Shown: positions 46,747 through 57,363 of the stretch, piece after piece
How the letters are laid out: the number at the start of each line of letters is the position of its first letter
How positions within the stretch are numbered: the first letter of the stretch is position 1
NCBI GenBank assembly: GCA_026387235.1
Contig: JAPLMD010000054.1
Span: 11,437 to 75,436, forward strand
Length of the DNA: 64,000 nt
Source of the DNA: Candidatus Omnitrophota bacterium
Lineage (GTDB): Bacteria; Omnitrophota; Gorgyraeia; Gorgyraeales; Gorgyraeaceae
Reading direction: 5' to 3'
Translations under genes and position numbers: made by a program
The notes under the pieces: model-generated
What the model was told of the DNA's origin: nothing
The model's input: the letters and a program-made list of their open reading frames with translations, nothing else
Databases searched by the model: none

Positions 46747-48714
46747 TCATTCATATCGCAATGCTTCGATCGGGTCCAGCCTAGAAGCTTTTTGGGCAGG
46801 CCAAAGTCCAAAAACTACCCCTATGACTAATGAGAATGTTGTAGCAAGAATTATAGAAGATGACGAAACCTTCACAGCCCATCCTGCAAAAAGCGTTATG
46901 AGTACTGCTATCCCAGTCCCCAGCAAGATACCGAACAGCCCTCCCAGAAATGACATCAATATCGCTTCAATAAGAAACTGCACCAGGATATCTTTATTAT
47001 TCGCGCCGATTGCCTTGCGTAAGCCTATTTCGCGGGTGCGCTCAGATACTGATACCAGCATAATATTCATAATACCTATGCCGCCGACTAAAAGCGATAT
47101 CGCGGCAATAGATCCCAGCAGTAACGACATTGTTTTAGTGGTGGCTTCGAGCGTATTTTTAATGTCAGCCATATTCCGGATTTGAAATGAATCTTCTCCG
47201 TCTTTATTAAGGCGATGCTGTTTTATAATCAGCGAGGATACTTCCTTCTGCGCTATGTCAAGCGAATCAGCGCTTTTCGCCTCCACGTAGATAGAATCAA
47301 CATACTCTTTTCCGAACACCCGGAACATCGCTGTCGTAACCGGAATCACAGCCGTGTCATCTTGGTCATGAAACGTGCTCGCTCCTTTTACGGGCAAAAT
47401 TCCGATAACTTTAAAATTAACCAAATTCAGCTTTATGGTTTCACCGATGGGATTGGCGTCCCCGAAAAGTTCCCTTACAACTGTCGCTCCAAGCACAATA
47501 ACCCGCGAGCGCATTTTTACTTCATCCTCAGTAAAAAATCTTCCCACCGCAGGAGATGAAGCTCGCAGTGTTGCATAATCCGCGCCAACGCCTTCCACCC
47601 TGGTATTCCAGTTCTTATTGGCATAGACCATCTGCCCTCTGCCGGTTACCGAGGGGCTCACGCTATTTACCACATCGGATAATTTAGCGATATCCGCGAC
47701 GTCCTGCAGGGTAAAACGCGTCACGGTGCCGGCCTCCATGGCCACTCCGTGGACTCTTGAAGAACCTGGCCTGACTACCAAAAGATTAGAGCCCAAACTC
47801 GCCAGCTGCTGCTCAATCGACTCTTTTGCCCCTGTCCCAATGGCAAGCATGGCTATCACCGCGGCAACGCCGATCAATATACCGAGGATAGATAAAAATG
47901 AGCGCATCTTATGCGTTACCATGGCCACGCCTGCCTGACGCAGATAATCAAAAAATTCTGTTTCTCTGGCCTTTCTTTCTGATTTAGATAACACAACGTC
48001 TATTATCTTATCGGCCTGGTTTTCTCCGGAACTTTTCATAAAAACCCCTGATTTATCATCAGAAATAATCCTGCCATCGCGCATATGAATAACGCGTTTG
48101 GCATGGCTAGCCACTTCTTTTTCATGGGTAATTATGATAATAGTCTTGCCTTTTTGATTTAAATCCTTAAGAATCGCCATTATCTCTTCCTGGCTTTTTG
48201 AATCAAGGTTTCCTGTCGGCTCATCAGCCATGATAATCAACGGATCATTAACTAATGACCTGGCAATAGCGATGCGCTGCTGCTGGCCTCCGGAAAGCTC
48301 GTTCGGCCTATGATTCATTCTATCAGCAAGGCCGACTTCATTGATTTTCTCCTTGGCCTTTTCTTTTAGATGACGTTTTCCCATGTACACTAAAGGAAGA
48401 ATGACATTTTCTAACGCGGTCATCCTGGGTAACAAATGAAATTGCTGGAATACGAAACCAACCAGCCGATTCCGCACTGCGGATAGCTCATCATCAAAAA
48501 GCTCATTGACCATTCTTTTCCCAAGATAATACTCTCCCGTATCAGGCCTGTCCAGTAAACCCAAAATATGCATCAGCGTAGATTTGCCGGAACCCGACGG
48601 CCCCATAATCGCCACAAACTCGCCCGGAGAGATTGCTAAAGAAATCCCCTGCAAGGCCTTGACTTCTACCTTACCCATATGATAAGTCTTGTAAATATTT
48701 TTTAGTTCAATCAT
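46747..48714 (-). CDS. macB: MacB-type ABC transporter (ATPase-permease fusion)
   Basis: [49 protein letters not shown]. Confidence 0.94.
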   Translation of the reverse strand: MIELKNIYKTYHMGKVEVKALQGISLAISPGEFVAIMGPSGSGKSTLMHILGLLDRPDTGEYYLGKRMVNELFDDELSAVRNRLVGFVFQQFHLLPRMTALENVILPLVYMGKRHLKEKAKEKINEVGLADRMNHRPNELSGGQQQRIAIARSLVNDPLIIMADEPTGNLDSKSQEEIMAILKDLNQKGKTIIIITHEKEVASHAKRVIHMRDGRIISDDKSGVFMKSSGENQADKIIDVVLSKSERKARETEFFDYLRQAGVAMVTHKMRSFLSILGILIGVAAVIAMLAIGTGAKESIEQQLASLGSNLLVVRPGSSRVHGVAMEAGTVTRFTLQDVADIAKLSDVVNSVSPSVTGRGQMVYANKNWNTRVEGVGADYATLRASSPAVGRFFTEDEVKMRSRVIVLGATVVRELFGDANPIGETIKLNLVNFKVIGILPVKGASTFHDQDDTAVIPVTTAMFRVFGKEYVDSIYVEAKSADSLDIAQKEVSSLIIKQHRLNKDGEDSFQIRNMADIKNTLEATTKTMSLLLGSIAAISLLVGGIGIMNIMLVSVSERTREIGLRKAIGANNKDILVQFLIEAILMSFLGGLFGILLGTGIAVLITLFAGWAVKVSSSSIILATTFSLVIGVVFGLWPAQKASRLDPIEALRYE

Positions 48715-48719
48715 TATCT

Positions 48720-49670
48720 TTAATGACCAGGCATGAACGGATTCTTACCCCTGGTATCTTTAGGAAGATTATACATCTTTGATTTTATTATTATTCTATC
48801 GTCTTTAGTGATTCCGGAAAGCACTTCTACATTCTTATCATCAGAAATGCCTAGTTTAACAGCTGCCCTGACCAACTCCCCATTATACCCCTGTTTAACC
48901 AGTACATAATTTCCTTCTTTTTCTTTATACACAGCTTCCACGGGAACAAGCAAGGTATTTTCTTTACTCTGGTCTATGAAATCTATGGACGCATTCATGC
49001 CTGAGCGGAAAAATTTAGGCATATCTTCAGGCGCGAGATCTACTTTATAAACAGTGACGTTGTTGACAGTTTCGGATTCATAATAGATATGCTCTACACT
49101 GGCTTCGATCTTAGTATCCGGATAAGCGTCGATAGTAATGAACGCCTTTTTATCAAGCGCAACCTTACCTATATCTGTTTCATCAACCTGAGCTCTTACA
49201 ATCAAACGATCGGACAATACCACCACAGGATCGCTTGTGGTAACTGTCTGGCCGGGCTGGGTAGTGGCTACTATGACCTCGCTATCAATAGGCGCTATTA
49301 ACGGTATAGCCTTGTACGCATTTTCCCAGTAATTTACAGCCTGCTCCCCTTTACCTCTTGCAGCGTCCAGTAAAGCTGCCCTTTCTGTTGAGCTCATCCA
49401 TGCCAGTATATCGCCTGTTTTTACCCCATCTCCTTCTTTCACGAGAATACGTTCTATCCTGCCGTTGACAGGCGGCTTTATCTCTAGTCTATTTTTCGGA
49501 AGGATTGTCCCGGTAGAGGATATAAATGTTCTTATAGAGCCCATGGCAGGGTTTATTTCTTTTACGACTTCGTTGGTTGTTTTTTGCTGCTTCATCCCGG
49601 CTATATAAAATACCGAACCTGCCAGAATAATAAGTATCACTAAAAATATTCCTATCTTTTTAGTCTTCAT
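48720..49670 (-). CDS. MacA-like periplasmic adaptor
   Basis: N-terminal anchor, lipoyl halves ([12 protein letters not shown]; APIDSEV), VDETDIGKV. Confidence 0.88.
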   Translation of the reverse strand: MKTKKIGIFLVILIILAGSVFYIAGMKQQKTTNEVVKEINPAMGSIRTFISSTGTILPKNRLEIKPPVNGRIERILVKEGDGVKTGDILAWMSSTERAALLDAARGKGEQAVNYWENAYKAIPLIAPIDSEVIVATTQPGQTVTTSDPVVVLSDRLIVRAQVDETDIGKVALDKKAFITIDAYPDTKIEASVEHIYYESETVNNVTVYKVDLAPEDMPKFFRSGMNASIDFIDQSKENTLLVPVEAVYKEKEGNYVLVKQGYNGELVRAAVKLGISDDKNVEVLSGITKDDRIIIKSKMYNLPKDTRGKNPFMPGH

Positions 49671-50928
49671 ATTCTAATGTCTCTCCTTTCGCTTCAATCC
49701 AGCCTGCCTCAACCTGCAATGCATTTGCCTCAGCGTCAATAAAGGTCTTTTTCGCCTTCACGAGACTGTCTTCTATGATAGTCCAACTGTCAAACTGGAT
49801 CAATCCCAATGAATACTGGCCTTCCGCGATTCTGGCGCGCTCTTCAGCCGCAACTAGAAACTTTTTCTGCACCTTTACGTTATCTATAGCGTCCAAAAAG
49901 CCTGTCCAGTTCTGCTCAAGCGCCAAGATAATGCTGTCTCTTTCGCTGCGCTCATCAGCCTGAGCCTGGTTATACGCCGCCTTTGCCTTTTTTATCTCGG
50001 CAAGCCTTAATCCGCCCTCAAATATAGGCAAGCTTAATCCAATGCCTATATCCCATTGATCCTGGTCCGGAGGTAAATCCGCGCCTGACATGCTTGTCCC
50101 GGCGCTAGCCGAGATCTTAGGATAAAAATCAGCTTCTTTGGATTTGATGCCGAAGAATGCCGAGTTTTTCTGCGCGGCTAATTTTTCAAGCGAAGGGTTA
50201 CCTTTTATCAAGGCATCGAAATCAGGCCTTTCCGGTTCAGGATCTATTGCTTCAAAACTTCCTTCCGCGCGGATATCAGAGAATTTGAACCTTCCCATTT
50301 CTTTCAAGAGCTCTCTCTGCCTGGCCTCCAGATTTCTTTTAGACTGGATGATCTCGAATTTTGCCTGAGTCAGATTTGCCTCGGCTGTCAATAGCGCGCC
50401 CTTATGTTCTATCCCGGCTTCATAGCGGAGCGTGATCAATATCAGGTTATCTCTCCTTATCCTGGCAATCTCCTCTGTAATGTTTAATAACTCCTGCGCC
50501 TTCAATAGACTTATAAAAGCTGACCGCAGGCGGTATCGTATTTCCGAAGAAACAAATCTGTAGCTATATTGAGCTGCCCTGATATTCTCCGACGCAGCCT
50601 TCAGGTCATTCGATGTCTTGGCGCCGTTGAATATAAGCTGGCTTCCGCTTACGCCGTAAGAATAGCTGTCTTTTTCCGTAGTAGTCTTTATCCTTGAATA
50701 ATCAGCGCTGGCGTCTATCTGCGGATATAGATCGCTTCTGGTTATAACCTTATCGGCTTCTTTTTGGTTTATATTTTCTTCGGCAGAGATAAGGTCAGGA
50801 TGATTTTTCTTCGCTTCTTTTATGCAATCGCCCCAGGTAAGTGCTTCTTCAGCTGACACATTGTGTGAAGAAAAGCATAAAACTAGTAATATAAAAACAG
50901 AAAATGTTTTAAATCTAATTATTTCCAT
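49660..50928 (-). CDS. TolC-family outer membrane protein
   Basis: NHPDL, LYPQI, FYPKI, LPIFEGG. Confidence 0.9.
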   Translation of the reverse strand: MEIIRFKTFSVFILLVLCFSSHNVSAEEALTWGDCIKEAKKNHPDLISAEENINQKEADKVITRSDLYPQIDASADYSRIKTTTEKDSYSYGVSGSQLIFNGAKTSNDLKAASENIRAAQYSYRFVSSEIRYRLRSAFISLLKAQELLNITEEIARIRRDNLILITLRYEAGIEHKGALLTAEANLTQAKFEIIQSKRNLEARQRELLKEMGRFKFSDIRAEGSFEAIDPEPERPDFDALIKGNPSLEKLAAQKNSAFFGIKSKEADFYPKISASAGTSMSGADLPPDQDQWDIGIGLSLPIFEGGLRLAEIKKAKAAYNQAQADERSERDSIILALEQNWTGFLDAIDNVKVQKKFLVAAEERARIAEGQYSLGLIQFDSWTIIEDSLVKAKKTFIDAEANALQVEAGWIEAKGETLEYED

Positions 50929-50940
50929 TCGTAAACGCCT

Positions 50941-51159
50941 TCATTTCTTAAACCTGGCCAGCGCCTCGCTGGCCTGATCTAAAAAATGGCTGAATTCTTC
51001 TACAGGGATAAGGCCAATCATCTCGGATTTAGCAAAGACGATAAGCTTATCCCCGGGTTTAATACTGAAAGATTTTCTCACGTCCGCGGGAATTACAATT
51101 TGTCCTCTTTCGCCGACCGTAGCCGACCCGTAAATTTTATTTTTAGATAAGCTGTTCAT
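50941..51159 (-). CDS. AbrB/MazE/SpoVT-family DNA-binding protein
   Basis: GSATVGERGQIVIPADVRK-F-IKPGD. Confidence 0.9.
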   Translation of the reverse strand: MNSLSKNKIYGSATVGERGQIVIPADVRKSFSIKPGDKLIVFAKSEMIGLIPVEEFSHFLDQASEALARFKK

Positions 51160-51189
51160 ATTCTCTCCTTTTGGTTCAAAATACCTGTG

Positions 51190-51252
51190 TATGAAAAGTA
51201 TGATTTACATATTTTATATGAAAAGTATGCCATATGAGGCAAAAAAAGTCAA
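51190..51252 (-). promoter_or_regulatory. Promoter with overlapping direct-repeat operator
   Basis: TTGACT-17 bp-CATACT (51252-51224); TATGAAAAGTATG at 51190 and 51217. Confidence 0.65.
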
Positions 51253-51314
51253 ACAAATTCGAAGAATTTGCTTGATCCTGAGGCTACGACAAAAAAGGAG
51301 TAGCCGAAGGATCT
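51250..51314. repeat. Family A repeat
   Basis: CAAACAAATTC-GAA-GAATTTGCTTG ATCCTGAGGCTAC...GTAGCCGAAGGATC. Confidence 0.75.
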
Positions 51315-51352
51315 GAAGATGATATAATTTCTATAGTATCTGGGAAACTAAA

Positions 51353-52456
51353 CTATAAAGAAGATATATCTGTAAGAAATTTTGCTTTAAGCATTCCTTC
51401 ATCCCATTCCCCCTGCGGAGTGGAATCCCAAACAATGCCGCCTCCTATTCCTATTTCCCCTGAGCCACTACTGATTAAAAGCGTGCGGATAGGAATGTTA
51501 AAAAACATATCTTTATCAGGGGTGATATATCCGATAGCGCCCGTATAGATCTTCCGCTCTTCTTTCTCAAGTTTTCTTATAATCTCCATAGCGCGCATCT
51601 TCGGGGCCCCTGTAACAGAACCGGATGGAAAAAGCGAAGCGAATAGTCCGTAAAGAGCTATGTCCTTATCTACACGGCCCGTTACAGTAGAAGTCATCTG
51701 GCAAAGCGTCGCGTATTTAGCCACTTCGAAAAGTTTAGGCGCTCTGATATTCATCCCTACTCTCCCAAGGTCATTTCTGAGAAGGTCAGCTATCATCACG
51801 TTCTCAGCCCTGTTTTTCTTATCATATTTTAAGCAGAATGGGGCTATCAAATCAGATATCATATTATTACCTCTAGGCCACGTTCCTTTCATTGGCTTAG
51901 TAACTACATGGCCGGATGTTTTCTTGATGAACATTTCAGGTGAAAGAGAAAGTATATTGAACTCATCTGTCTCAATGTATGCCGGATAAGGAACAGGCTG
52001 CTCTCTTAGCAGTTTAACATAAAAAGACAGCGGGTCGCCCTTGAAATTAAACAACAATTTGATGCAATATGTAATCTGATACACATCTCCTCTTGCAATA
52101 TAATCACGTATAGCGTGAATATTAGAAGAATAGTCCTTATACGAAATATTTAATCTAAGTTCTTTTAAGCTATTTTGAAAAGGCGGGTTTTTGATGCTAA
52201 TCTTATCGCGTAAGGGAGTTTTGTATACCCCCATATAAATAAGCGGAAAACTGTATGTTTTATCTTCCAGCAATCTTTCTTCAAAACAATATCCAGCTTC
52301 GTATGAAAAGAAACCTGCCGCATAATATCCACGCTTGAGCGCAGATTCGATATCCCTGAAACAAGCTGTAAACGATGAAGGATTATTGCAGGATATGATA
52401 AATTCCGGATCTTGGAATAAAATCGGCTTTTTTTCGAATTGGATTAATACTTTCAT
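51353..52456 (-). CDS. pabB: Aminodeoxychorismate synthase component I
   Basis: GDVYQ, SPEMF, KPMKGT, AENVMIADLLRNDLG, FPSGSVTGAPK, IRT. Start MKVLIQ at 52456 is probable. Confidence 0.88.
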   Translation of the reverse strand: MKVLIQFEKKPILFQDPEFIISCNNPSSFTACFRDIESALKRGYYAAGFFSYEAGYCFEERLLEDKTYSFPLIYMGVYKTPLRDKISIKNPPFQNSLKELRLNISYKDYSSNIHAIRDYIARGDVYQITYCIKLLFNFKGDPLSFYVKLLREQPVPYPAYIETDEFNILSLSPEMFIKKTSGHVVTKPMKGTWPRGNNMISDLIAPFCLKYDKKNRAENVMIADLLRNDLGRVGMNIRAPKLFEVAKYATLCQMTSTVTGRVDKDIALYGLFASLFPSGSVTGAPKMRAMEIIRKLEKEERKIYTGAIGYITPDKDMFFNIPIRTLLISSGSGEIGIGGGIVWDSTPQGEWDEGMLKAKFLTDISSL

Positions 52457-52526
52457 AACCTTACGGAAGGTCTGGGTGCCCTGCGTAAAAGCATGGCTGA
52501 AGGTCATGACCGTGTTAGGATTTTGC

Positions 52527-53423
52527 TTAATCCTGCTTCAGAAATAGCTCTATCATCTTTAGATATTTCTCGCTTGTCTGAGTTACTATCTCTTGAGGAA
52601 GTTCCGGAGCCGGAGGCGTCTTATCCCAATCTAAAGTCTCCAAATAATCCCGCACAAACTGCTTGTCAAAACTCATCTGAGAACCTCCCGGCCTGTATCC
52701 ATCCATTGGCCAGAAACGCGAAGAATCCGGAGTGAGGATCTCATCTATAAGGATAATCTTGTTTCCGCTTAAACCAAACTCAAATTTAGTATCCGCAATG
52801 ATTACGCCATGACCTTCCGCAAAATTACTCGCTTTTTTATAAATCGCCAGGCTTAATTTTTTTAGTTTCTCTGTTATATCCATTCCCAATTCCTTTGCGA
52901 CATATTCTTGCGTTACATTAATATCATGGCCCATGTCTTCTTTGGTAGAAGGAGTAAAAATCGGTTCCGGCAGCTTGTCTGATTCTCTGAGCCCGACCGG
53001 CAATTTTATACCGCAGATAGTCTGGCTTTTTTGATATTCTTTCCATCCGGAACCGGACAAATACCCTCTTACGATACATTCCACAGGAATGGATTTGGCT
53101 TTTTTAACCAGCATAGAACGATTTTTAAGAACATCCTTATATTTCAATAGCTGTTGCGGATACTCATTCACATCAGCTGAAATTAAATGATTCGGCACAA
53201 TGTCTTTTGTAAGCTCAAACCAAAATAGGCTGAGCTTTGTCAAAACCTCTCCTTTATGAGGTATGCAGGTTGGCAAAACCACGTCAAAACAGGATATCCT
53301 GTCTGTTGAGACAATTAAAAGCTTGTCCTTTAGATCATAAACATCCCTCACCTTGCCTCTTTTAAAAAAATCAATATCTTTAAAATCTGTAAGGCGTAAC
53401 GGCTCCTGTTTCATATCGAACAC
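52527..53423 (-). CDS. purC: SAICAR synthetase
   Basis: GKVRDVY, TDRISCFD, ECIVRGYLSGS, IADTKFEFG, DEILTPDSSRFW. Confidence 0.96.
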   Translation of the reverse strand: MFDMKQEPLRLTDFKDIDFFKRGKVRDVYDLKDKLLIVSTDRISCFDVVLPTCIPHKGEVLTKLSLFWFELTKDIVPNHLISADVNEYPQQLLKYKDVLKNRSMLVKKAKSIPVECIVRGYLSGSGWKEYQKSQTICGIKLPVGLRESDKLPEPIFTPSTKEDMGHDINVTQEYVAKELGMDITEKLKKLSLAIYKKASNFAEGHGVIIADTKFEFGLSGNKIILIDEILTPDSSRFWPMDGYRPGGSQMSFDKQFVRDYLETLDWDKTPPAPELPQEIVTQTSEKYLKMIELFLKQD

Positions 53424-55183
53424 CTTTTCGATAAAGTCTTATATTCCTGCCATATTTCAGCAGGCGTATGTTTGCCGAATTGGTTAAAGAATTTTTCCAT
53501 GTCTTTGAATTCTGCCTGCCACTCAGAATTATTGATCTCGAACAGCTTCTTTAACTTGTCTTCCGGGATATTCAATCCTTCGACATTCAGGTCTTCTAGG
53601 TCAGGTATCAAGCCAAGGGGCGTTTCTTTAGCGCTCACGCGGTTATTCACGCGTTCAATAATCCATTTTAAAACGCGGATATTTTCTCCGAATCCCGGCC
53701 AGATAAATTTACCGTTGTCATCCGTTCTGAACCAGTTAACAGAGTATATCTTAGGAGGATGGCTTAATTTCTTGCCTATATTAAGCCAATGCTTGAAATA
53801 ATCGCCCATGTTATAACCGCAAAACGGCAGCATGGCCATCGGGTCTCTTCTTAATACGCCTTCCTTATGCGTAGCAGCGGCTGTGGTTTCTGAGCCGGTC
53901 CTTGCTCCCAGAAAAACTCCGTGCTGCCAATTAAATGCTTCAATGACCAAAGGGATAAGCTTGGTCCTGCGTCCGCCCAGTATTATAGCTGAAATAGGCA
54001 CGCCCTTAGGATTATCAAATTCTTTTGAAAGCGTGGGCGAATTATATATAGATACGGTAAACCGCGAATTTGGGTGCGCGGCCTTGGTGTCTTTCGCGCT
54101 ATTCCAGGGCTTACCCTGCCAATCCAGCAGATTCTTAGGCGTAGAGCCGTCTAATCCCTCCCACCACGGTTCATTTTTATCCGTGTCCAAAGCAGTGTTT
54201 GTAAAAAGCGTGGGGTAGAATTTATCGGCTTTTAAAGTTCTCAGCATGTTGGGATTTGTTTTCATGGATGTACTCGGGGCTACGCCGAAAAGACCTGCCT
54301 CAGGATTAATGGCGTACAGCCTTCCGTCAGGCCCGACATTTAACCAGGCGATATCATCGCCTAAAGTCCAAACCTTATAGCCCGGCAGGGCGGATTCAAG
54401 CATGGCTAAATTTGTCTTTCCGCAGGCAGAAGGCATGGCTGCTGTAACATACGTTATGTTCCCTTTCGGATCCTCAATGCCAAGTATTACCATGTGCTCT
54501 GCAAGCCAGCCCTCCTGATAGCCTAGCCAGGAAGCGATCCTTAGAGAAAAACATTTCTTGCCCAAAAGCGCGTTGCCGCCATAACCTGAGCCTATACTCC
54601 ATACAAAATGCTCATCCGGAAAATGCATGATAAAACGCTTGTCGGGATCAAAATCTCCTACTGAATGCAGGCCTTTCACAAAATCGTTGCGGTCCCCGAT
54701 TTTTTCAATCACGTTCTTACCCATGCGAGTCATTATTCTCATGCTTATAGCTACATAAGAAACATCTGTAAGCTGGATGCAGGCCTTAGCGTAAGGAGAA
54801 TCAGGATGCCCCATCATGTAAGGAAGAACGTACATCGTCTTTCCTTCCATGCAGCCGTCTGATAATTTGGTCATAAGGCTTTTTGCATCTTCCGGGGCCA
54901 TCCAATTGTTATTTGGGCCTGCGATTTCTTTATCCGGATGGCAGACGTATGTCAAGTGCTCGGTACGAGCGACATCCGTAGGATGGCTCCTGTGAAAATA
55001 GGCATTCGGCCAATTATTTTGATTAAGCTCTTGAAAGACAGGATTCCCCGCTATCTTTTCTTCTTTCATACCTACTTCTATAAGTCTATGCGCTTCGGCT
55101 TCTGAACCATCGCACCAGTAAATCTTATCCGGTTTGGTAAGCCTCGCTTGTTCCTCAACCCATCTTTCAATCGGCGTTGCCAT
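53411..55183 (-). CDS. pckG: GTP-dependent phosphoenolpyruvate carboxykinase
   Basis: GSGYGGNALLGKK, PSACGKTN, GDDIAW, HPNSRF, DPMAMLPF. Confidence 0.96.
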   Translation of the reverse strand: MATPIERWVEEQARLTKPDKIYWCDGSEAEAHRLIEVGMKEEKIAGNPVFQELNQNNWPNAYFHRSHPTDVARTEHLTYVCHPDKEIAGPNNNWMAPEDAKSLMTKLSDGCMEGKTMYVLPYMMGHPDSPYAKACIQLTDVSYVAISMRIMTRMGKNVIEKIGDRNDFVKGLHSVGDFDPDKRFIMHFPDEHFVWSIGSGYGGNALLGKKCFSLRIASWLGYQEGWLAEHMVILGIEDPKGNITYVTAAMPSACGKTNLAMLESALPGYKVWTLGDDIAWLNVGPDGRLYAINPEAGLFGVAPSTSMKTNPNMLRTLKADKFYPTLFTNTALDTDKNEPWWEGLDGSTPKNLLDWQGKPWNSAKDTKAAHPNSRFTVSIYNSPTLSKEFDNPKGVPISAIILGGRRTKLIPLVIEAFNWQHGVFLGARTGSETTAAATHKEGVLRRDPMAMLPFCGYNMGDYFKHWLNIGKKLSHPPKIYSVNWFRTDDNGKFIWPGFGENIRVLKWIIERVNNRVSAKETPLGLIPDLEDLNVEGLNIPEDKLKKLFEINNSEWQAEFKDMEKFFNQFGKHTPAEIWQEYKTLSKRCSI

Positions 55184-55359
55184 AATCCACTCCCTTTTTA
55201 ATAATATTCATAGCAAATAACATTCGAAATATCTTTTCTTTACCGACTGTAATATTATACACATTAATGCCTCGGATTCAACAACTCTTTAATAAACAGG
55301 TATAATATTTTAAAGATTGCTTGAAAAACTCATTAATCCTGATAAAATACTTCCTATCT

Positions 55360-56001
55360 ATGCGACCGGAGAAGATAAAAATGCTGCCAATACAAAATAT
55401 TTTTCAAATCCCAAAACGTTTTTTTATGTCCCTCTATGCATGGACAATGCACTGGGCAAAAACGCCGCAGGCGCCTTTCGCCCTTTTTGGAATCGCCTTT
55501 ATTGAAAGCTCTTTTTTCCCTATCCCGCCGGATGTGCTTCTTATCGCAATGGTAGTGGCTACGCGAAAAAAATGGCTGCGTAATGCAACAATCTGCACAA
55601 TTGGTTCGGTAGCCGGCGCGCTCTTTGGTTACTTTATCGGATGGGGCCTGTATAAAACTATCGGAAAGGTAATCGTAAACACGTACCATCTTCAGCCCAC
55701 GATGGATCTAGTAGGCCGTAAATATGCAGAGAATGCTTTCTTGACCATATTTACTGCGGCCTTTACCCCCATACCCTACAAAGTAATCACTATCGCAGCA
55801 GGGCTATTCCATATTTCAATACTGACACTCGTTGTTGCTTCAATTATCGGCCGCGCAGGCCGCTTCTTTCTCGTCGCCGGAGCGTTAAGAATTTTTGGAG
55901 ATAAAATAGAAAAAAGCATCGAGAAATATTTCGATCTTTTTTCGATTATTTTTATCGTGCTTCTGGCTTGCGGATTCCTCGCGCTGAAGTACTTTAAGTA
56001 A
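55360..56001 (+). CDS. DedA/YqaA-family membrane protein
   Basis: FIESSFFPIPPD, FTPIPYK, GRAGRF. Start uncertain (55321-55426). Confidence 0.9.
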   Translation: MRPEKIKMLPIQNIFQIPKRFFMSLYAWTMHWAKTPQAPFALFGIAFIESSFFPIPPDVLLIAMVVATRKKWLRNATICTIGSVAGALFGYFIGWGLYKTIGKVIVNTYHLQPTMDLVGRKYAENAFLTIFTAAFTPIPYKVITIAAGLFHISILTLVVASIIGRAGRFFLVAGALRIFGDKIEKSIEKYFDLFSIIFIVLLACGFLALKYFK

Positions 56002-56024
56002 ATATCAGATGCGATACCCAAAGA

Positions 56025-56681
56025 CTATTTTCCACTTGATTTCGCAAGGCAGCGCCCTGCATAAAACGTACATATGCCAATGAATAAAAGAATGCTCCAA
56101 GCGTATGCTATACTTATTCGGCTGGATAAAACTTTATAAACTCCGCTTAGGCCAAACAACACAAACACAATCGCAGAAACCCATTTAATTATTTTTTCCG
56201 GAATACGCTTACGCATCACAATACCGATGATTATTCCTATTGTATCCGCTACTACCATGCCGAGGGTTGTGCCTATCAGCACGTTAATCATGCTTTGATA
56301 TTTAACCGCAAGACTTATTGTAGCGAGCTGCGTTTTATCTCCCATTTCAGCGAGAAAGAACGCAATGCCGACAGTAACTATTGGACCGAATCTGGATTCT
56401 TTTTTATCTTCACCTTCAAGCTTATCGCCGCGGATAGTCCACAAACCAAAAATAATAAAAGAAAGCGCCGCGACAAAGGAAATAATATCTATAGGTATGA
56501 TTGTAGTCAAGAAACGCCCCGCCGCTACGGCAAGGCCGTGGTTGATAAGCGTTGCAAGAAAAACTGCAAGCAGCACCTTGTATGCGCTATACCTAGTCGC
56601 AAAAGCCATAGCCAAGAGCTGGGTTTTATCTCCCATCTCTGCCAGAACTACGAACATAAAAGATGCTATAAAGGCTGTCAT
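56025..56681 (-). CDS. TMEM165/GDT1 (UPF0016) cation transporter
   Basis: Two AEMGDKTQL motifs. Confidence 0.92.
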   Translation of the reverse strand: MTAFIASFMFVVLAEMGDKTQLLAMAFATRYSAYKVLLAVFLATLINHGLAVAAGRFLTTIIPIDIISFVAALSFIIFGLWTIRGDKLEGEDKKESRFGPIVTVGIAFFLAEMGDKTQLATISLAVKYQSMINVLIGTTLGMVVADTIGIIIGIVMRKRIPEKIIKWVSAIVFVLFGLSGVYKVLSSRISIAYAWSILLFIGICTFYAGRCLAKSSGK

Positions 56682-56694
56682 GTAGCTCCTTTTA

Positions 56695-57072
56695 TTATTT
56701 TACCTGCTTTTCAGCTATGTCGCCTGCAATGGGAAGCTTGAACATCTCTCCCTGATAGGCCTTTATCATTAGGATTACCCAAAGTATAAAACTTATTATA
56801 TACAAAAGCCCTGTTATAAAAGAAAGTACAGGTATCATAAATCCTAATCTCATCATGGCAAACATACCAATAAGCATGCCTGCGCCTATCTGCAATACAA
56901 ATAAAGCTCCGAAAACTATCATTGACTGCATTGCGTGGAATTTTACAAATTTGTTGTCCTTCTCCAGCAGAAAAAAGATCAGCCCTGTCAGCCAGCCCAA
57001 CACGTAACTCAACAGCGCAGCCACATTAGCCTGCATTCCCGTAGAAGTCTTACCTAAATCCTTTGTTTCCAT
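56695..57072 (-). CDS. DUF4870-family membrane protein
   Basis: NVAALLSY, EKDNKFVKFHAMQS, KAYQGE-FKLPIAG. Confidence 0.85.
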   Translation of the reverse strand: METKDLGKTSTGMQANVAALLSYVLGWLTGLIFFLLEKDNKFVKFHAMQSMIVFGALFVLQIGAGMLIGMFAMMRLGFMIPVLSFITGLLYIISFILWVILMIKAYQGEMFKLPIAGDIAEKQVK

Positions 57073-57110
57073 GCTTCCTCCTTTTTTTGTTAAGTTATTC
57101 TCTACCTAAC

Positions 57111-57329
57111 TTAATTTTTCTTGGGCGCAATAGTTAAATTCAGCGACTTTTTAGTCACTACGCCACTGGAATCAGTTACTGCAAGCTCAGCCTTATAGGT
57201 TCCCGGGCCGGCGTAAGTATGGTTAAAACTCGCAGAAGATACCTTCCCCTCTCCGGCTTCGCTCTTTCCGTCCCCGCCGAAAGCAAGCGTCCATCTCCCG
57301 ATGGGATAGCTGCCTTCTTCGGCCTTTGA
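57111..57329 (-). pseudogene. Start-less PKD-domain fragment
   Basis: Hand translation SKAEEGSYPIGRWTLAFGGDG...SFNHTYAGPGTYKAELAVTDSSG...LTI*; no ATG/GTG/TTG in frame. Confidence 0.65.
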
Positions 57330-57363
57330 GGGGAAACCTCTCTTTCTTATACTTGCTGTAGAA

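Noticed and set aside
52457-52526. Possible folate or ZTP riboswitch between purC and pabB
   Set aside because: Only short palindromes are present; the THF and ZTP consensus blocks were not found.
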